DNA from: Mycolicibacterium smegmatis
Lineage (GTDB): Bacteria > Actinomycetota > Actinomycetes > Mycobacteriales > Mycobacteriaceae
Assembly (NCBI RefSeq): GCF_001457595.1
Contig: NZ_LN831039.1
Span: 4,740,001 to 4,772,000, forward strand
DNA: 32,000 nucleotides
Reading direction: 5' to 3'
Part shown: piece after piece, positions 1 to 9,222 of the stretch
Layout: each line of letters starts with the position of its first letter
Numbering within the stretch: the stretch's first letter is position 1
Position numbers and translations under genes: made by a program
Notes under the pieces: model-generated
Database searches by the model: none
Seen by the model: only the letters and a program-made list of their open reading frames with translations
Told to the model about the DNA's origin: nothing

Positions 1-219
1 GAGGTGAGCTACACCGACGCGGTGCGGGCCGGGATCTACACGCCGCTGGGCACCGGGGACATCGACATCTCCGGCATCGTCTCGGTGCTGCGCGACAACG
101 GTTTCGACGGCTGGTTCGTGATGGAGCAGGACACGATCCTCGATACCGAACCCACCGACGAGGGTCCGCTGCGCGACGTCCGCACGAGCGTCGCCTACCT
201 CGGTACGCTGACGGCATGA
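1..219 (+). CDS. C-terminal fragment of an IolE-like sugar phosphate isomerase/epimerase (TIM barrel), truncated by window start
   Basis: 71 aa visible; AVRAGIYTPLGTGDIDISG...LRDNGFDGWFVMEQDT...VRTSVAYLG aligns by eye with the C-terminus of the IolE protein at 12940-13860 (AVKLGAMTEPPRGIPD...EKLGVDVFAIVEQDM...QRTRSYLG). Confidence 0.75.
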   Translation, partial: EVSYTDAVRAGIYTPLGTGDIDISGIVSVLRDNGFDGWFVMEQDTILDTEPTDEGPLRDVRTSVAYLGTLTA

Positions 220-1208
220 CCGGACTTCGCATCGGGATCCTCGGCGCGTCCCGCATCGCCGAGAAGGCCATCGTGGGACCGGCCGAGGATCTCGGACACC
301 GACTGGTGGCCGTCGCCGCGCGGGACCGGCGCCGCGCCGAGGCGTTCGCCGAGAAGTACGGGGTCCAACGCGTACTGGACTCCTACCGCGATGTGGTCGA
401 GGACCCTGACGTCGACATGGTCTACAACCCGCTGGCCAACGGACTGCATGCGCCGTGGAACCTCGCGGCGATCGCGGCAGGAAAGCCGGTGCTGAGCGAG
501 AAACCGTTCGCGCGCAACGAGTCCGAGGCCGCCACGGTCGCACGGGCGGCCCGCGACGCCGGGGTGCCGGTGCTGGAAGGCTTCCACTACCACTTCCACC
601 CGGTGACGCAGCGCGCGTTCGCCGTTGCCGCAGGCGGCGAGCTGGGCGAGATCACGCGCGTCGAGGTGCGGATGGCGATGCCCTCCCCCGCCGACGACGA
701 CCCGCGGTGGTCGCTGGACCTCGCAGGCGGTGCGGTCATGGATCTTGGCTGCTACGGCATTCACGTCATGCGTGCGCTGGGCGCCATGCGCGTCGACGGT
801 CTCGGCGGCGAGCCCAAGGTACTGGGCGCGCGGGCCGAGGAACGCACGCCGGGTGTGGACGCCTGGTGCGAGGTCGACTTCGTCTTCCCCGAGGGCGGCA
901 CCGGTGTCAGCACCAATTCGATGGTGGCCGACGACTACTCGTTCACCATCACGATCACCGGTAGCGACGGCGAGGCCGTGGTGCACGACTTCATCCGGCC
1001 GAATCTCGACGATCGCCTCACGGTGATGACCGGATCCGGTGTCCGCGTCGAGCATTTGGGCACGCGGCCGTCGTACACCTACCAACTGGAGGCGTTCGCC
1101 GCGCACGTGCGCGACGGCGCACCGCTGCCGTTCGGTGTCGACGACGCCGTGACCAACATGGCGTTCGTCGACAAGGCGTACCGGGCGGCGGGGTTGGCGC
1201 CGCGATGA
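216..1208 (+). CDS. Gfo/Idh/MocA family oxidoreductase (NAD(P)-dependent sugar/cyclitol dehydrogenase)
   Basis: 330 aa; N-terminal Rossmann GILGASRIAEKAI, EKPFARN motif (EKP of Gfo/Idh/MocA), GGAVMDLGCYGIHVMRAL. ATGA overlap with the upstream CDS. Confidence 0.92.
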   Translation: MTGLRIGILGASRIAEKAIVGPAEDLGHRLVAVAARDRRRAEAFAEKYGVQRVLDSYRDVVEDPDVDMVYNPLANGLHAPWNLAAIAAGKPVLSEKPFARNESEAATVARAARDAGVPVLEGFHYHFHPVTQRAFAVAAGGELGEITRVEVRMAMPSPADDDPRWSLDLAGGAVMDLGCYGIHVMRALGAMRVDGLGGEPKVLGARAEERTPGVDAWCEVDFVFPEGGTGVSTNSMVADDYSFTITITGSDGEAVVHDFIRPNLDDRLTVMTGSGVRVEHLGTRPSYTYQLEAFAAHVRDGAPLPFGVDDAVTNMAFVDKAYRAAGLAPR

Positions 1209-1981
1209 GCTTCGATTTGGCGGTGTGCGCCGAGATGGTGTTCACCGATCTCGACATCGTCGAACGCGTGCGCCGTATCTCGGATCTGGGCTTCGCCGTG
1301 GAGATCTGGAGCTTCGCCGACAAGGACACCGATGCCCTCGCCGCCACGGGAGCGAAGTTCTCGTCGATGACGGGATACCTGCACGGCGATCTCTACGACC
1401 CCGACGGTGCGCGCGAGGTGGTGCGCACCGCCCAGGGGGCCGTGAAAGCCGCTGAGGTGCTTGGTGTTCCGCGACTCGTCGTGCATCCCGGCGAACTGGT
1501 GAACGGGCAGGCCGCCCGGCCCCGGCAGCGTGTGACCGGCGACATGTGGCTCGCGGCGCTGCGGGGCCTGGAGGCGCTGGGTGAACTGGGTGCCGACGCC
1601 GGTGTGACGTTCTGCCTGGAGAACCTCAACACGATCGTCGACCACCCCGGCGTGCCGCTGGCCCGCGCCAAGGACACGCTGGCCCTCATCGAAGGTGTCG
1701 GGCATCCGAACGTCAAGATGATGCTGGACCTCTACCACGCCCAGATCGGTGAGGGGAACCTCGTCGAGCTGGTGCGCCGCGCGGGCCCGGCGATCGGTGA
1801 GATCCAGGTGGCCGACGTTCCGGGACGCTGCGAACCCGGCACGGGCGAGATCCACTACCCCGCCATCGCGAAGGCGTTGCGCGACAGCGGATACCGCGGC
1901 ACCGTGGGGATGGAGGCCTACGCCAGTGGCGACAGCGTCGCGGCGTTGGAGGCGTTCCGGGCAGCCTTCACACTGCCGTAG
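1205..1981 (+). CDS. Hydroxypyruvate isomerase-like TIM barrel protein (AP endonuclease family 2 fold)
   Basis: 258 aa; VTFCLENLNTIVDHPG, VKMMLDLYHAQIGEGNLVELVRR, IGEIQVADVPGRCEPGTGEIHYPAIAKAL are typical of Hyi-like proteins. ATGA overlap with the upstream CDS. Confidence 0.88.
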   Translation: MSFDLAVCAEMVFTDLDIVERVRRISDLGFAVEIWSFADKDTDALAATGAKFSSMTGYLHGDLYDPDGAREVVRTAQGAVKAAEVLGVPRLVVHPGELVNGQAARPRQRVTGDMWLAALRGLEALGELGADAGVTFCLENLNTIVDHPGVPLARAKDTLALIEGVGHPNVKMMLDLYHAQIGEGNLVELVRRAGPAIGEIQVADVPGRCEPGTGEIHYPAIAKALRDSGYRGTVGMEAYASGDSVAALEAFRAAFTLP

Positions 1982-1984
1982 GGA

Positions 1985-3070
1985 TCAGTAGCGGGCGTCG
2001 CCGGCCAGCAGCGCCGGGAACACCGTCGAGGTCTCCCCGTCGACGGTGGTACCCGCGAACTGCAGGGACGCACGCACCTCGCCGTTGACCTCGGCGGGAT
2101 AGCTCAGCACCGGCGCCGACGCCTCGTCGAGCAGCTTGAGTTGCTCGGAGGTGAGTTCGACGCCGAGCGCCTCCACGTTCGACTCGAGGTGCTCCATGCG
2201 CCGCGCGCCGATGATCGGGACGACGGTGCCGGGCCGCGCCCGCAGCCACGCCAACGCCACTGCGGCCGAGCTGGTTTCGAGTTCGTCGGCGATGCCTGCG
2301 ACCGCCTCGATGACGTCGAAATCCGACTCGGAGGGGCCGCCGCCGACGAAGGCCGCCCTGGCCGAGTCGACGGCTGCGGAGTCGCGCCGGTACTTGCCGG
2401 ACAGAAACCCGTTCTTCAGCGGACTCCACGGCACCAGCGCGATGCCCTGATCCTGCGCGAACGGGGCCACTTCACTTTCGACCGTGCGGGCCAGCAGCGA
2501 GTACTCGACCTGCAGCGCGATCAGCGGCGTCCATCCCCGCAGCATCGCCATGGTCTGCGCCTGTGCGGTGACCCACGCCGGCGTGTTGGAGAAGCCGATG
2601 TAGCGCACCGTGCCCGCCCGCACGAGATCGTCGAGGGTGCGCATGGTCTCCTCGATGGGCGTGTTGCGGTCCCAGTTGTGCAACCAGTACACGTCGAGGT
2701 AGTCGGTCTGCAGACGGCGCAGCGTGTCGTGCAACTGGTGCAGGATGGACGAGCGGCCCGCCCCGCCGCCGTTGGGGTCGCCGGGGAACATGTTGCCGAA
2801 GAACTTCGAGGCCAGCACCACGTGCTGACGGCGGCCCGGGGTGCGGGCGAAGAAGTCTCCGAGGATCTTCTCGGAGTGACCGTTGGTGTAGAAGTTCGCG
2901 GTGTCGATGAAGTTGCCGCCGCGGTCGAGGTAGGCCGACAGGATGCGCTCGGAGTTCTCCACCGAGGTTCCGACGGCACCGAAATCCTCTCCGAAAGTCA
3001 TCGCGCCGAGCGCGAACGGGCTGACCCGAAGGCCTGATCTGCCGAGGGTGACGTACTGGTCGAGAGTCAT
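1985..3070 (-). CDS. Aldo/keto reductase
   Basis: 361 aa; GLRVSPFALGAMTFGEDFG, DTANFYTNGHSEKILG, LQTDYLDVYWLHNWDRNTPIEETMRTLDDLVRAGTVRYIGFSN, VPIIGARRMEHLESN. Confidence 0.95.
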   Translation of the reverse strand: MTLDQYVTLGRSGLRVSPFALGAMTFGEDFGAVGTSVENSERILSAYLDRGGNFIDTANFYTNGHSEKILGDFFARTPGRRQHVVLASKFFGNMFPGDPNGGGAGRSSILHQLHDTLRRLQTDYLDVYWLHNWDRNTPIEETMRTLDDLVRAGTVRYIGFSNTPAWVTAQAQTMAMLRGWTPLIALQVEYSLLARTVESEVAPFAQDQGIALVPWSPLKNGFLSGKYRRDSAAVDSARAAFVGGGPSESDFDVIEAVAGIADELETSSAAVALAWLRARPGTVVPIIGARRMEHLESNVEALGVELTSEQLKLLDEASAPVLSYPAEVNGEVRASLQFAGTTVDGETSTVFPALLAGDARY

Positions 3071-3211
3071 CGAAGTGCTCCTTCATCAAGGGAATTGGAT
3101 GACTCCATACAACCCCGCGCGGAGATCGGGCGGTAGCGCGATACTCTCGAACTCTTGCACAATCCTGCTGATTTCTCGACGATCAGGCGGATCGGATGAT
3201 TGGGTGAGGGC

Positions 3212-4123
3212 ATGCAGACCGAGCGAGAACTGCTGACCGAGATCTGCGAGCGCATCGACAGACATGCGCGCGGCGACATGCACACACGCATCGACGGCCT
3301 GCTGCTGTCGAAGGCGGCCGGATCGTCGCGACCCGACTACACGGTGACCGAACCGCTTCTGGTGGTGATGGCCCGGGGCGGCAAGCGCATCATGGTCGGC
3401 GACGAGGTCTACGAATACCGCACCGGTGAGATGCTGATCGTCACCGCAAGCCTGCCCGTCACGGGGCACTACCTGGAGACGGACCAGCCGTCGCTGGGCA
3501 TGGGGCTGGAGTTGCGCCCGGCCGCGCTGGCCGAACTGGCGCTGCGCGCGCCGGCCCGCCCCGCACTGCGCACCGGTTCGGCCGGGTCCGCGATCGCCGT
3601 CGGGAACGCCGACGCCGAGATGCTCGATGCCGCAGCGCGACTGCTGCGGCTGCTCGACCGTCCGGATGACGCACCGGTGCTCGCGCCACTGGTCGAGCAG
3701 GAAATCCTATGGCGTCTGCTCACCGGGCCGCACGGCGACACAGTGCGCCAGATCGCGCTCGCCGACAGCGCCCTGACCTACATCAACCGCGCGATCACCT
3801 GGATGCGGGACAACTATGCGAGCCCCGTGCGGATCGAGGACCTCGCGCGGATGGCGGGCATGAGCACCTCGGTGTTCCACCGCCACTTCCGTGCCGTGAC
3901 GGCCATGAGCCCCCTGCAGTTCCAGAAGCGGATCCGATTGCAGCAGGCCAGGTCTCTGCTCGTCTCACAACCCGGTGACGTCGCCGCGGTCGCGCACCTC
4001 GTCGGCTATGACAGCGCGTCGCAGTTCACCCGCGAGTACCGGCGCATGTTCGGCGCCCCACCCGGACAGGACGCGGCCCGGCTGCGCGCGGCACACGCCG
4101 CCGAGCCCGCGCTCCTGCCCTGA
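3212..4123 (+). CDS. AraC family transcriptional regulator (AraC_N cupin plus C-terminal HTH)
   Basis: ORF 3200-4123; C-terminal tandem HTH VRIEDLARMAGMSTSVFHRHFRAVTAMSPLQFQKRIRLQQARSLL...VGYDSASQFTREYRRMFGAPP; internal ATG at 3212 (MQTERELL) is the likely start. Confidence 0.93.
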   Translation: MQTERELLTEICERIDRHARGDMHTRIDGLLLSKAAGSSRPDYTVTEPLLVVMARGGKRIMVGDEVYEYRTGEMLIVTASLPVTGHYLETDQPSLGMGLELRPAALAELALRAPARPALRTGSAGSAIAVGNADAEMLDAAARLLRLLDRPDDAPVLAPLVEQEILWRLLTGPHGDTVRQIALADSALTYINRAITWMRDNYASPVRIEDLARMAGMSTSVFHRHFRAVTAMSPLQFQKRIRLQQARSLLVSQPGDVAAVAHLVGYDSASQFTREYRRMFGAPPGQDAARLRAAHAAEPALLP

Positions 4124-4131
4124 AAACGCCA

Positions 4132-4189
4132 CGAGCGTGGGCCCTGTGCACGCTTCTGCGGGAATTTCCGTGCACAGGACCCACGCTCG
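4132..4189 (-). terminator. Long hairpin between convergent genes, probable terminator of the importer operon (possibly bidirectional)
   Basis: Arms 4132-4152 CGAGCGTGGGCCCTGTGCACG and 4169-4189 CGTGCACAGGACCCACGCTCG; 21 bp with one mismatch that becomes G-U on the minus-strand transcript; 16-nt loop; TTTT shortly 3' on the minus strand. Confidence 0.6.
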
Positions 4190-4197
4190 GCGGGTGT

Positions 4198-5016
4198 CTA
4201 CTTGCGGCCCAATTCGTGGCTCAGCGCCTCGAGTTCGTTGCCGCCTGCCATCTCCTGTGTGAGGGTCTCCAGCGAGATCTCGTCGTAGGTGCAGTCCAGC
4301 TTCTGCCGCCCACGGTTGAGCAGGATGAAATGGTCACCGACCATGTACGCGTGGTGCGGGTTGTGCGTGATGAAGATGACGCCGAACCCCTGCTCCTTGG
4401 CAGCGGTGATGTACCGCAGCACCATTCCCGACTGCTTGACGCCGAGTGCGGCCGTCGGCTCGTCGAGGATCAGCACGCGCGCACCGAAGAAGATGGCCCG
4501 CGCGATCGCCACGCACTGACGCTGACCACCCGAGAGCGACCCGATGGGCGCGTCGACGTCGGGCAGGTCGATGCCCATCTTCTGCAGTTCCGAGATGGTG
4601 GTCGCACGCATGCCGTTGATGTCGAGTGACCTCAGGATGTTCTTCTTGCGCAGTTCGTTGCCCAGGAAGAAGTTGCGCCACACCGGCATCAGCGACACCA
4701 CGGCGAGGTCCTGGTACACCGTGGCGATGCCTGCGTTCAACGCGTCCTTGGGGGATTCGAACACCGTGGGCTTGCCGTCGATGAGCACCTCGCCCTCGGT
4801 CGGCTTGTGCAGGCCCGCGATGATCTTGATCAGCGTCGACTTGCCCGCGCCGTTGTCACCCAGCACGCACGTGACCTCGCCCGCGCCCACGCGCAGGTTG
4901 ATGTCCTTGAGCGCGATGATGTTCCCGTAGCTCTTGCCGACGCCTTTGAACTCGACCAGTGGCACGGCACCACCCGACGGGGTCTCGGCGATCGGGGCCT
5001 CAGCGGTCGTACTCAT
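4198..5016 (-). CDS. Sugar ABC transporter ATP-binding protein (single NBD, FrcA/ribose-type)
   Basis: 272 aa; Walker [13 protein letters not shown], signature [14 protein letters not shown], Walker [13 protein letters not shown]. Confidence 0.96.
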   Translation of the reverse strand: MSTTAEAPIAETPSGGAVPLVEFKGVGKSYGNIIALKDINLRVGAGEVTCVLGDNGAGKSTLIKIIAGLHKPTEGEVLIDGKPTVFESPKDALNAGIATVYQDLAVVSLMPVWRNFFLGNELRKKNILRSLDINGMRATTISELQKMGIDLPDVDAPIGSLSGGQRQCVAIARAIFFGARVLILDEPTAALGVKQSGMVLRYITAAKEQGFGVIFITHNPHHAYMVGDHFILLNRGRQKLDCTYDEISLETLTQEMAGGNELEALSHELGRK

Positions 5017-5020
5017 CTAC

Positions 5021-6079
5021 TCACCTCTTCGCCGCGTAGTTGCGCACGACGTTGTTGGCGACGACCGCGAACAACAACATCGCACCCAGGAAGAACTTGA
5101 ACCAGTCGGGGTTCCAACCGGCGTACACGATGCCCTGGTTGGTCATGCCGAAGATCAGCGCGCCGATCAGCGTGCCGATCGCGGTGCCGTACCCACCGGT
5201 GAGCAGGCAGCCGCCGATCACCGCGGCGATGATGTAGAAGAACTCGTTGCCGACGCCCTGACCGGACTGGATCGTGTTGAACGAGAACAGCAGATGCATG
5301 CCGACGAACCAGGCGCAGAACCCGACGACCATGAACAGGCCGATCTTGACCTTGGTCACCGGGACACCGACCGCGCGGGCGCTGTCCTGGTTGCCGCCGA
5401 CGGCGAAGATCCAGTTGCCGATGCGGGTCTTGAACAGCACGTAGGTGGCGATGAGGGTGAACAGGATCCACCACAGCACCGTGATTCTCACGTCGATCGG
5501 TCCGACCTTGATCACCGATGCGAAAACCGTCCGGCCCGAATCGAAGCCCTGCATGTCGGACACGCTGGGCGTGGCGACCTGACCCGACAGCAGCTTGGTG
5601 ACCGCCAGGTTGATGCCTGCGAGCATGAAGAACGTGCCGAGCGTGATGAGGAACGACGGGATCTTGGTCCGCATCACCAGGAAGCCGTTGAAGAACCCGA
5701 CGGCCAGCGACAGCACGAGCGCCAGCGCGGCGCCCACCCACAGGTTCAGGTGCAGGTTGTAGGCCAGCATCGAGGCCGCCAGCGAACTGGTGGTGACCGC
5801 GACGCCGGCGGACAGGTCGAACTCGCCGCCGATCATCAAAAGGCCCACGCCGACGGCCATGATGCCGATGGTCGAACTCGCGTACAGCACCGTGGCCATC
5901 GACTCCGGCGAGCGGAACGGCGGCGCGACGATGAGGAACAGGATGAAGATGGCGATGGCACCCACCGCAGCGCCCATTTCGGGGCGGATGATCAGGCGCT
6001 GCAGCTTGTTCTGTTCCTTGACGCGTTCGTCGTGAACGACCTTGTGCGACTCAAGGTCCAGATCTGCCTGGGTACTCAT
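5021..6079 (-). CDS. Sugar ABC transporter permease (RbsC/BPD_transp_2 family)
   Basis: 352 aa; multiple hydrophobic helices; LMIGGEFDLSAGV, NPDWFKFFLGAMLLFAVVANN typical of the RbsC family; follows the SBP in the same orientation. Confidence 0.95.
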   Translation of the reverse strand: MSTQADLDLESHKVVHDERVKEQNKLQRLIIRPEMGAAVGAIAIFILFLIVAPPFRSPESMATVLYASSTIGIMAVGVGLLMIGGEFDLSAGVAVTTSSLAASMLAYNLHLNLWVGAALALVLSLAVGFFNGFLVMRTKIPSFLITLGTFFMLAGINLAVTKLLSGQVATPSVSDMQGFDSGRTVFASVIKVGPIDVRITVLWWILFTLIATYVLFKTRIGNWIFAVGGNQDSARAVGVPVTKVKIGLFMVVGFCAWFVGMHLLFSFNTIQSGQGVGNEFFYIIAAVIGGCLLTGGYGTAIGTLIGALIFGMTNQGIVYAGWNPDWFKFFLGAMLLFAVVANNVVRNYAAKR

Positions 6080-6081
6080 GG

Positions 6082-7071
6082 CTAGCGCGTCCCGTTCTTG
6101 GCGTACTCGGCGACCGCGTCGATGTTCGACTTGTCGATGAACGACGGGCCGGTCAGGGTCGGCTGGTTACCGCCGATCACGTTGCCGTTGTTGAGGTAGA
6201 GCCACAGCGAGTCGACCGCGAGGTAACCCTGCAGGAACGGCTGCTGGTCGACGGCCCACTGCACGTCGCCGTTCTGGATGGCGTCCACGAGCGCGGCATT
6301 GGTGTCGAACGTCGCGATCTTGGCCTGGCTGCCCGCGTTCTTGGCCGACTGCACGGCGGTGAGCGCGAACGGCGCGCCCAGGGTCAGAATCGTGTCGATC
6401 GCGGGATCCTGCTGCAGCTTGGCGGTGATGGTCGACTCGACCGACGGCATGTCCTTGCCGTTGACGTTGAGCACCTCACTGGCCGGGAACGTGTTCTTCA
6501 CGCCGGCACAACGAGCTTCGAGGTCGACGTGGCCCTGCTCCTGGATGACGCAGATGACCTTCTTGGCGCCCTCGGCGGCCAGGCGCTTGCCCGCCTCCTG
6601 TCCGGCGATGTAGCCGTCCTGGCCGAAGTACTCCTTGACGCCCATGCCCTGCCAGGCATCCAGACCCGCGTTGAACGCCACCACCGGGATGCCCTTGTCG
6701 GTCGCGTTCTGCACGGCAGGCTTCATCGCGTCGGGCTTGGCGAGCGTGACAGCGATGCCGTCGACGCCACTGTCCACCGCGCTCTGCACGTGGTTGGCCT
6801 GGTTGGGCGCCTCCGGATCCGACGAGTACCGCAGTTCGATGTTGTCCTTCTTCGCGGCGGCCTCGGCGCCCTTGCGCACGAGATCCCAGAAGGAGTCACC
6901 CGGAACCTCGTGGGTGATCATCGCGACGGTGAACCGCGGGGTGTCGGCGGTGCCCGCACCCATGTCACCCCCGCCGCTGCTGTCCGGCTTGCCCCCGGTG
7001 CTGGAGCACGCGCTGGCGCCCAGCATGAGTACGCCTACCCCGGCAGCCGCCACGAGCCGACTCAACCTCAT
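6082..7071 (-). CDS. Substrate-binding lipoprotein of sugar/cyclitol ABC transporter (periplasmic-binding type 1/4 fold)
   Basis: ORF track gives 6082-7161, but MRLSRLVAAAGVGVLMLGASACSS at 7071 is a clear lipoprotein signal; VDSGVDGIAVTLAKPDAMKPAVQNATDKGIPVVAFNAG is characteristic of RbsB-type proteins. Confidence 0.94.
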   Translation of the reverse strand: MRLSRLVAAAGVGVLMLGASACSSTGGKPDSSGGGDMGAGTADTPRFTVAMITHEVPGDSFWDLVRKGAEAAAKKDNIELRYSSDPEAPNQANHVQSAVDSGVDGIAVTLAKPDAMKPAVQNATDKGIPVVAFNAGLDAWQGMGVKEYFGQDGYIAGQEAGKRLAAEGAKKVICVIQEQGHVDLEARCAGVKNTFPASEVLNVNGKDMPSVESTITAKLQQDPAIDTILTLGAPFALTAVQSAKNAGSQAKIATFDTNAALVDAIQNGDVQWAVDQQPFLQGYLAVDSLWLYLNNGNVIGGNQPTLTGPSFIDKSNIDAVAEYAKNGTR

Positions 7072-7169
7072 TGTTTCTCCTCGCTTCGACGTCACCGCGG
7101 CGCTGGGATCATGCCAGAGGGGCCAGCGACACGGCCTCGCTGTCGATGTAATACCGCTCACATCGGAAA

Positions 7170-7191
7170 GTCAATACTTTGTTATGACATT
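7170..7191 (-). promoter_or_regulatory. Predicted operator copy 1, upstream of the ABC importer operon
   Basis: Minus-strand AATGTCATAACAAAGTATTGAC is identical at 20/22 positions to the plus-strand sequence at 8131-8152; includes a -35-like TTGACT; outer arms GTCA-N11-TGAC. Confidence 0.65.
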
Positions 7192-7310
7192 AGGACTGCA
7201 GGTCAAAGTTTGCCCAGCATGGCGGCGCACATGACGACCAACGCCGTCCGACCCCAGCGCGATTCACGGATCACTCTGGGCTGCAGTATTTTTGAACGTA
7301 AAGATCCGGA

Positions 7311-8102
7311 CTACCGGTCGACGAGGGTGGTGTCGAAGTAGTAGCGCGACGCACGGTAGGCGTGGCTCCCGTACTCCACGATTCGCCCGGAATCGTCGAA
7401 CGCGGTCCGCTCCATCACCAGCAGCGGCGCCTTGGGCTTCTCGTCCAGCAGGCGCGCCTCCTCACGGTCGGCGGCCTTGGCGCCGATGCGCTGGCGCGCC
7501 AACCGGATGTGCACGCCGCGTGCCCGCAGCGACTGGTAGAGCCCGGATCTCGCCAGCTCGTCCTCGTCGGGGGCCAGCGCGGCGGGCAGATAGTTGGTCA
7601 TGAGTGCGAGCGGTTGCCCGTTCGACGAACGCAGCCTGCGCATGTAGGCGATCTCGCTGCCCGGTTCGATGCTCAACCGCTCGGCGATGTCGGCCTGCGC
7701 GGGTCTGCGCGTGTACTCGAGGACCTCGGTGGCCGGCTCCTGGCCGGCACGCGCGAGATCGTCGTAGAGGCTGGTGAGTTCGACCGGCCGGTGCACGGGG
7801 GTCTGCACCACCTGGGTGCCGACCCCGCGCTTGCGCACCAGCAATCCCTTGTCGACCAGTTCCTGGATGGCGCGCCGCGTGGTCGGCCGGGACAGGTTGA
7901 GCCGGCTCGCGAGCGCGAGTTCGTTCTCGAACCGGTCCCCAGGCTTGAGTTGTCCATCGAGGATGGCCTTTTCGAACACCTGGGCCACCTGGAAATACAG
8001 GGGCACGGGGCTCGAACGGTCAAGTTCGACAGACAGCGTCGGGGTCACTCTCGCTCCGATCCTCGAGGCTCGTTCCGGCGGATCCACCGATGGTGAGTTC
8101 AT
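7311..8102 (-). CDS. GntR family (HutC/UTRA subfamily) transcriptional regulator, probable inositol/cyclitol regulator
   Basis: Start set at ATG 8102 (MNSPSVDPPERAS...); wHTH LKPGDRFENELALASRLNLSRPTTRRAIQELVDKGLLVRKRGVGTQV plus a C-terminal UTRA domain; the ORF track extension to 8426 lacks homology-like content. Confidence 0.93.
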   Translation of the reverse strand: MNSPSVDPPERASRIGARVTPTLSVELDRSSPVPLYFQVAQVFEKAILDGQLKPGDRFENELALASRLNLSRPTTRRAIQELVDKGLLVRKRGVGTQVVQTPVHRPVELTSLYDDLARAGQEPATEVLEYTRRPAQADIAERLSIEPGSEIAYMRRLRSSNGQPLALMTNYLPAALAPDEDELARSGLYQSLRARGVHIRLARQRIGAKAADREEARLLDEKPKAPLLVMERTAFDDSGRIVEYGSHAYRASRYYFDTTLVDR

Positions 8103-8130
8103 AGCGTACCTGCAAATGACTGGAAGTAAG

Positions 8131-8152
8131 AATGTCAGAACAAAGTCTTGAC
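8131..8152 (+). promoter_or_regulatory. Predicted operator copy 2, upstream of iolC and of gntR
   Basis: AATGTCAGAACAAAGTCTTGAC, 20/22 identical to copy 1 read toward its downstream operon; contains TTGACA at 8148-8153. Confidence 0.65.
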
Positions 8153-8244
8153 AGACGAACGTGGCGGGGAGCACAGTCGAAGCGATGCCCGGCGCGTGTA
8201 CTCCGCCCGGGCTCGCAGGCGCACACCCCGATCTGGAGTCAATC

Positions 8245-9222
8245 GTGACGAACTCTCCCACACCGCAACTCGATGTCCTCGCGATCGGCCGCTGCGGCGT
8301 CGACGTGTACCCGCTGCAGATCGGGGTCGGGCTCGAAGAAGTGGAATCCTTCGGCAAATTCCTCGGCGGCAGCGCCGCCAACGTCACCGTCGCGGCCGCA
8401 CGACTGGGCAACAGCGCCGGACTCATCTCGGGCGTCGGGGACGACCCGTTCGGACGCTACGTGCGCAACGAACTCGCCAGGCTGGGCGTCGACAACCGCT
8501 TCGTCGCCACCTACGGCGAGTACCCGACGCCCGTGACGTTCTGCGAGATCTTCCCGCCGGACAACTTCCCGCTGTACTTCTACCGCAAGCCCTCGGCGCC
8601 CGATCTGCAGATCCGCGCCGAGCAGATCGACGCCGACGCGGTGCGCGACGCGCGGCTGTACTGGTCGACGGTCACCGGGCTGTGCGAGGAACCCAGCCGC
8701 AGCGCACATTTCGCGGCATGGGAGGCGCGGCAGCGGGCCCCGCTGACCGTCCTGGACCTCGACTACCGGCCCATGTTCTGGGAGTCTCCCGCCGCGGCCA
8801 CCGAGGTGGTGCAGCGCGCGCTGCAGCACGTGACCATCGCCGTCGGCAACCGCGAGGAGTGCGAGATCGCCGTCGGCGAGACCAACCCGCACCGGGCCGC
8901 CGAGGCACTGCTCGACCTCGGTGTGGAACTGGCGATCGTCAAGCAGGGGCCGCGCGGCGTGCTGGGCAAGACCCGGCACAGCTCGGTCACCGTGCCGCCC
9001 AACGAGGTCGACGTCGTCAACGGCCTGGGGGCCGGAGACGCCTTCGGGGGCAGCCTGACCCACGGGCTGCTGCACGACTGGCCGCTGGAGAAGACGCTGC
9101 GCTACGCCAACGCCGCAGGCGCCATCGTCGCCTCGCGCCTGGAATGCTCCACCGCGATGCCCACGGCGGCCGAGGTCGCCGCGCTCGCCGAACAAACCGC
9201 CTCGGAGGCTGTCAATGTCTAG
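8245..9222 (+). CDS. iolC: 5-dehydro-2-deoxygluconokinase (PfkB/ribokinase family)
   Basis: DVLAIGRCGVDVYPLQIGVGLEEVESFGKFLGGSAANVTVAAARLG and NGLGAGDAFGGSLTHGLL; GTG 8245 preceded by GGAG; ORF extends to 8161. Confidence 0.94.
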   Translation: MTNSPTPQLDVLAIGRCGVDVYPLQIGVGLEEVESFGKFLGGSAANVTVAAARLGNSAGLISGVGDDPFGRYVRNELARLGVDNRFVATYGEYPTPVTFCEIFPPDNFPLYFYRKPSAPDLQIRAEQIDADAVRDARLYWSTVTGLCEEPSRSAHFAAWEARQRAPLTVLDLDYRPMFWESPAAATEVVQRALQHVTIAVGNREECEIAVGETNPHRAAEALLDLGVELAIVKQGPRGVLGKTRHSSVTVPPNEVDVVNGLGAGDAFGGSLTHGLLHDWPLEKTLRYANAAGAIVASRLECSTAMPTAAEVAALAEQTASEAVNV

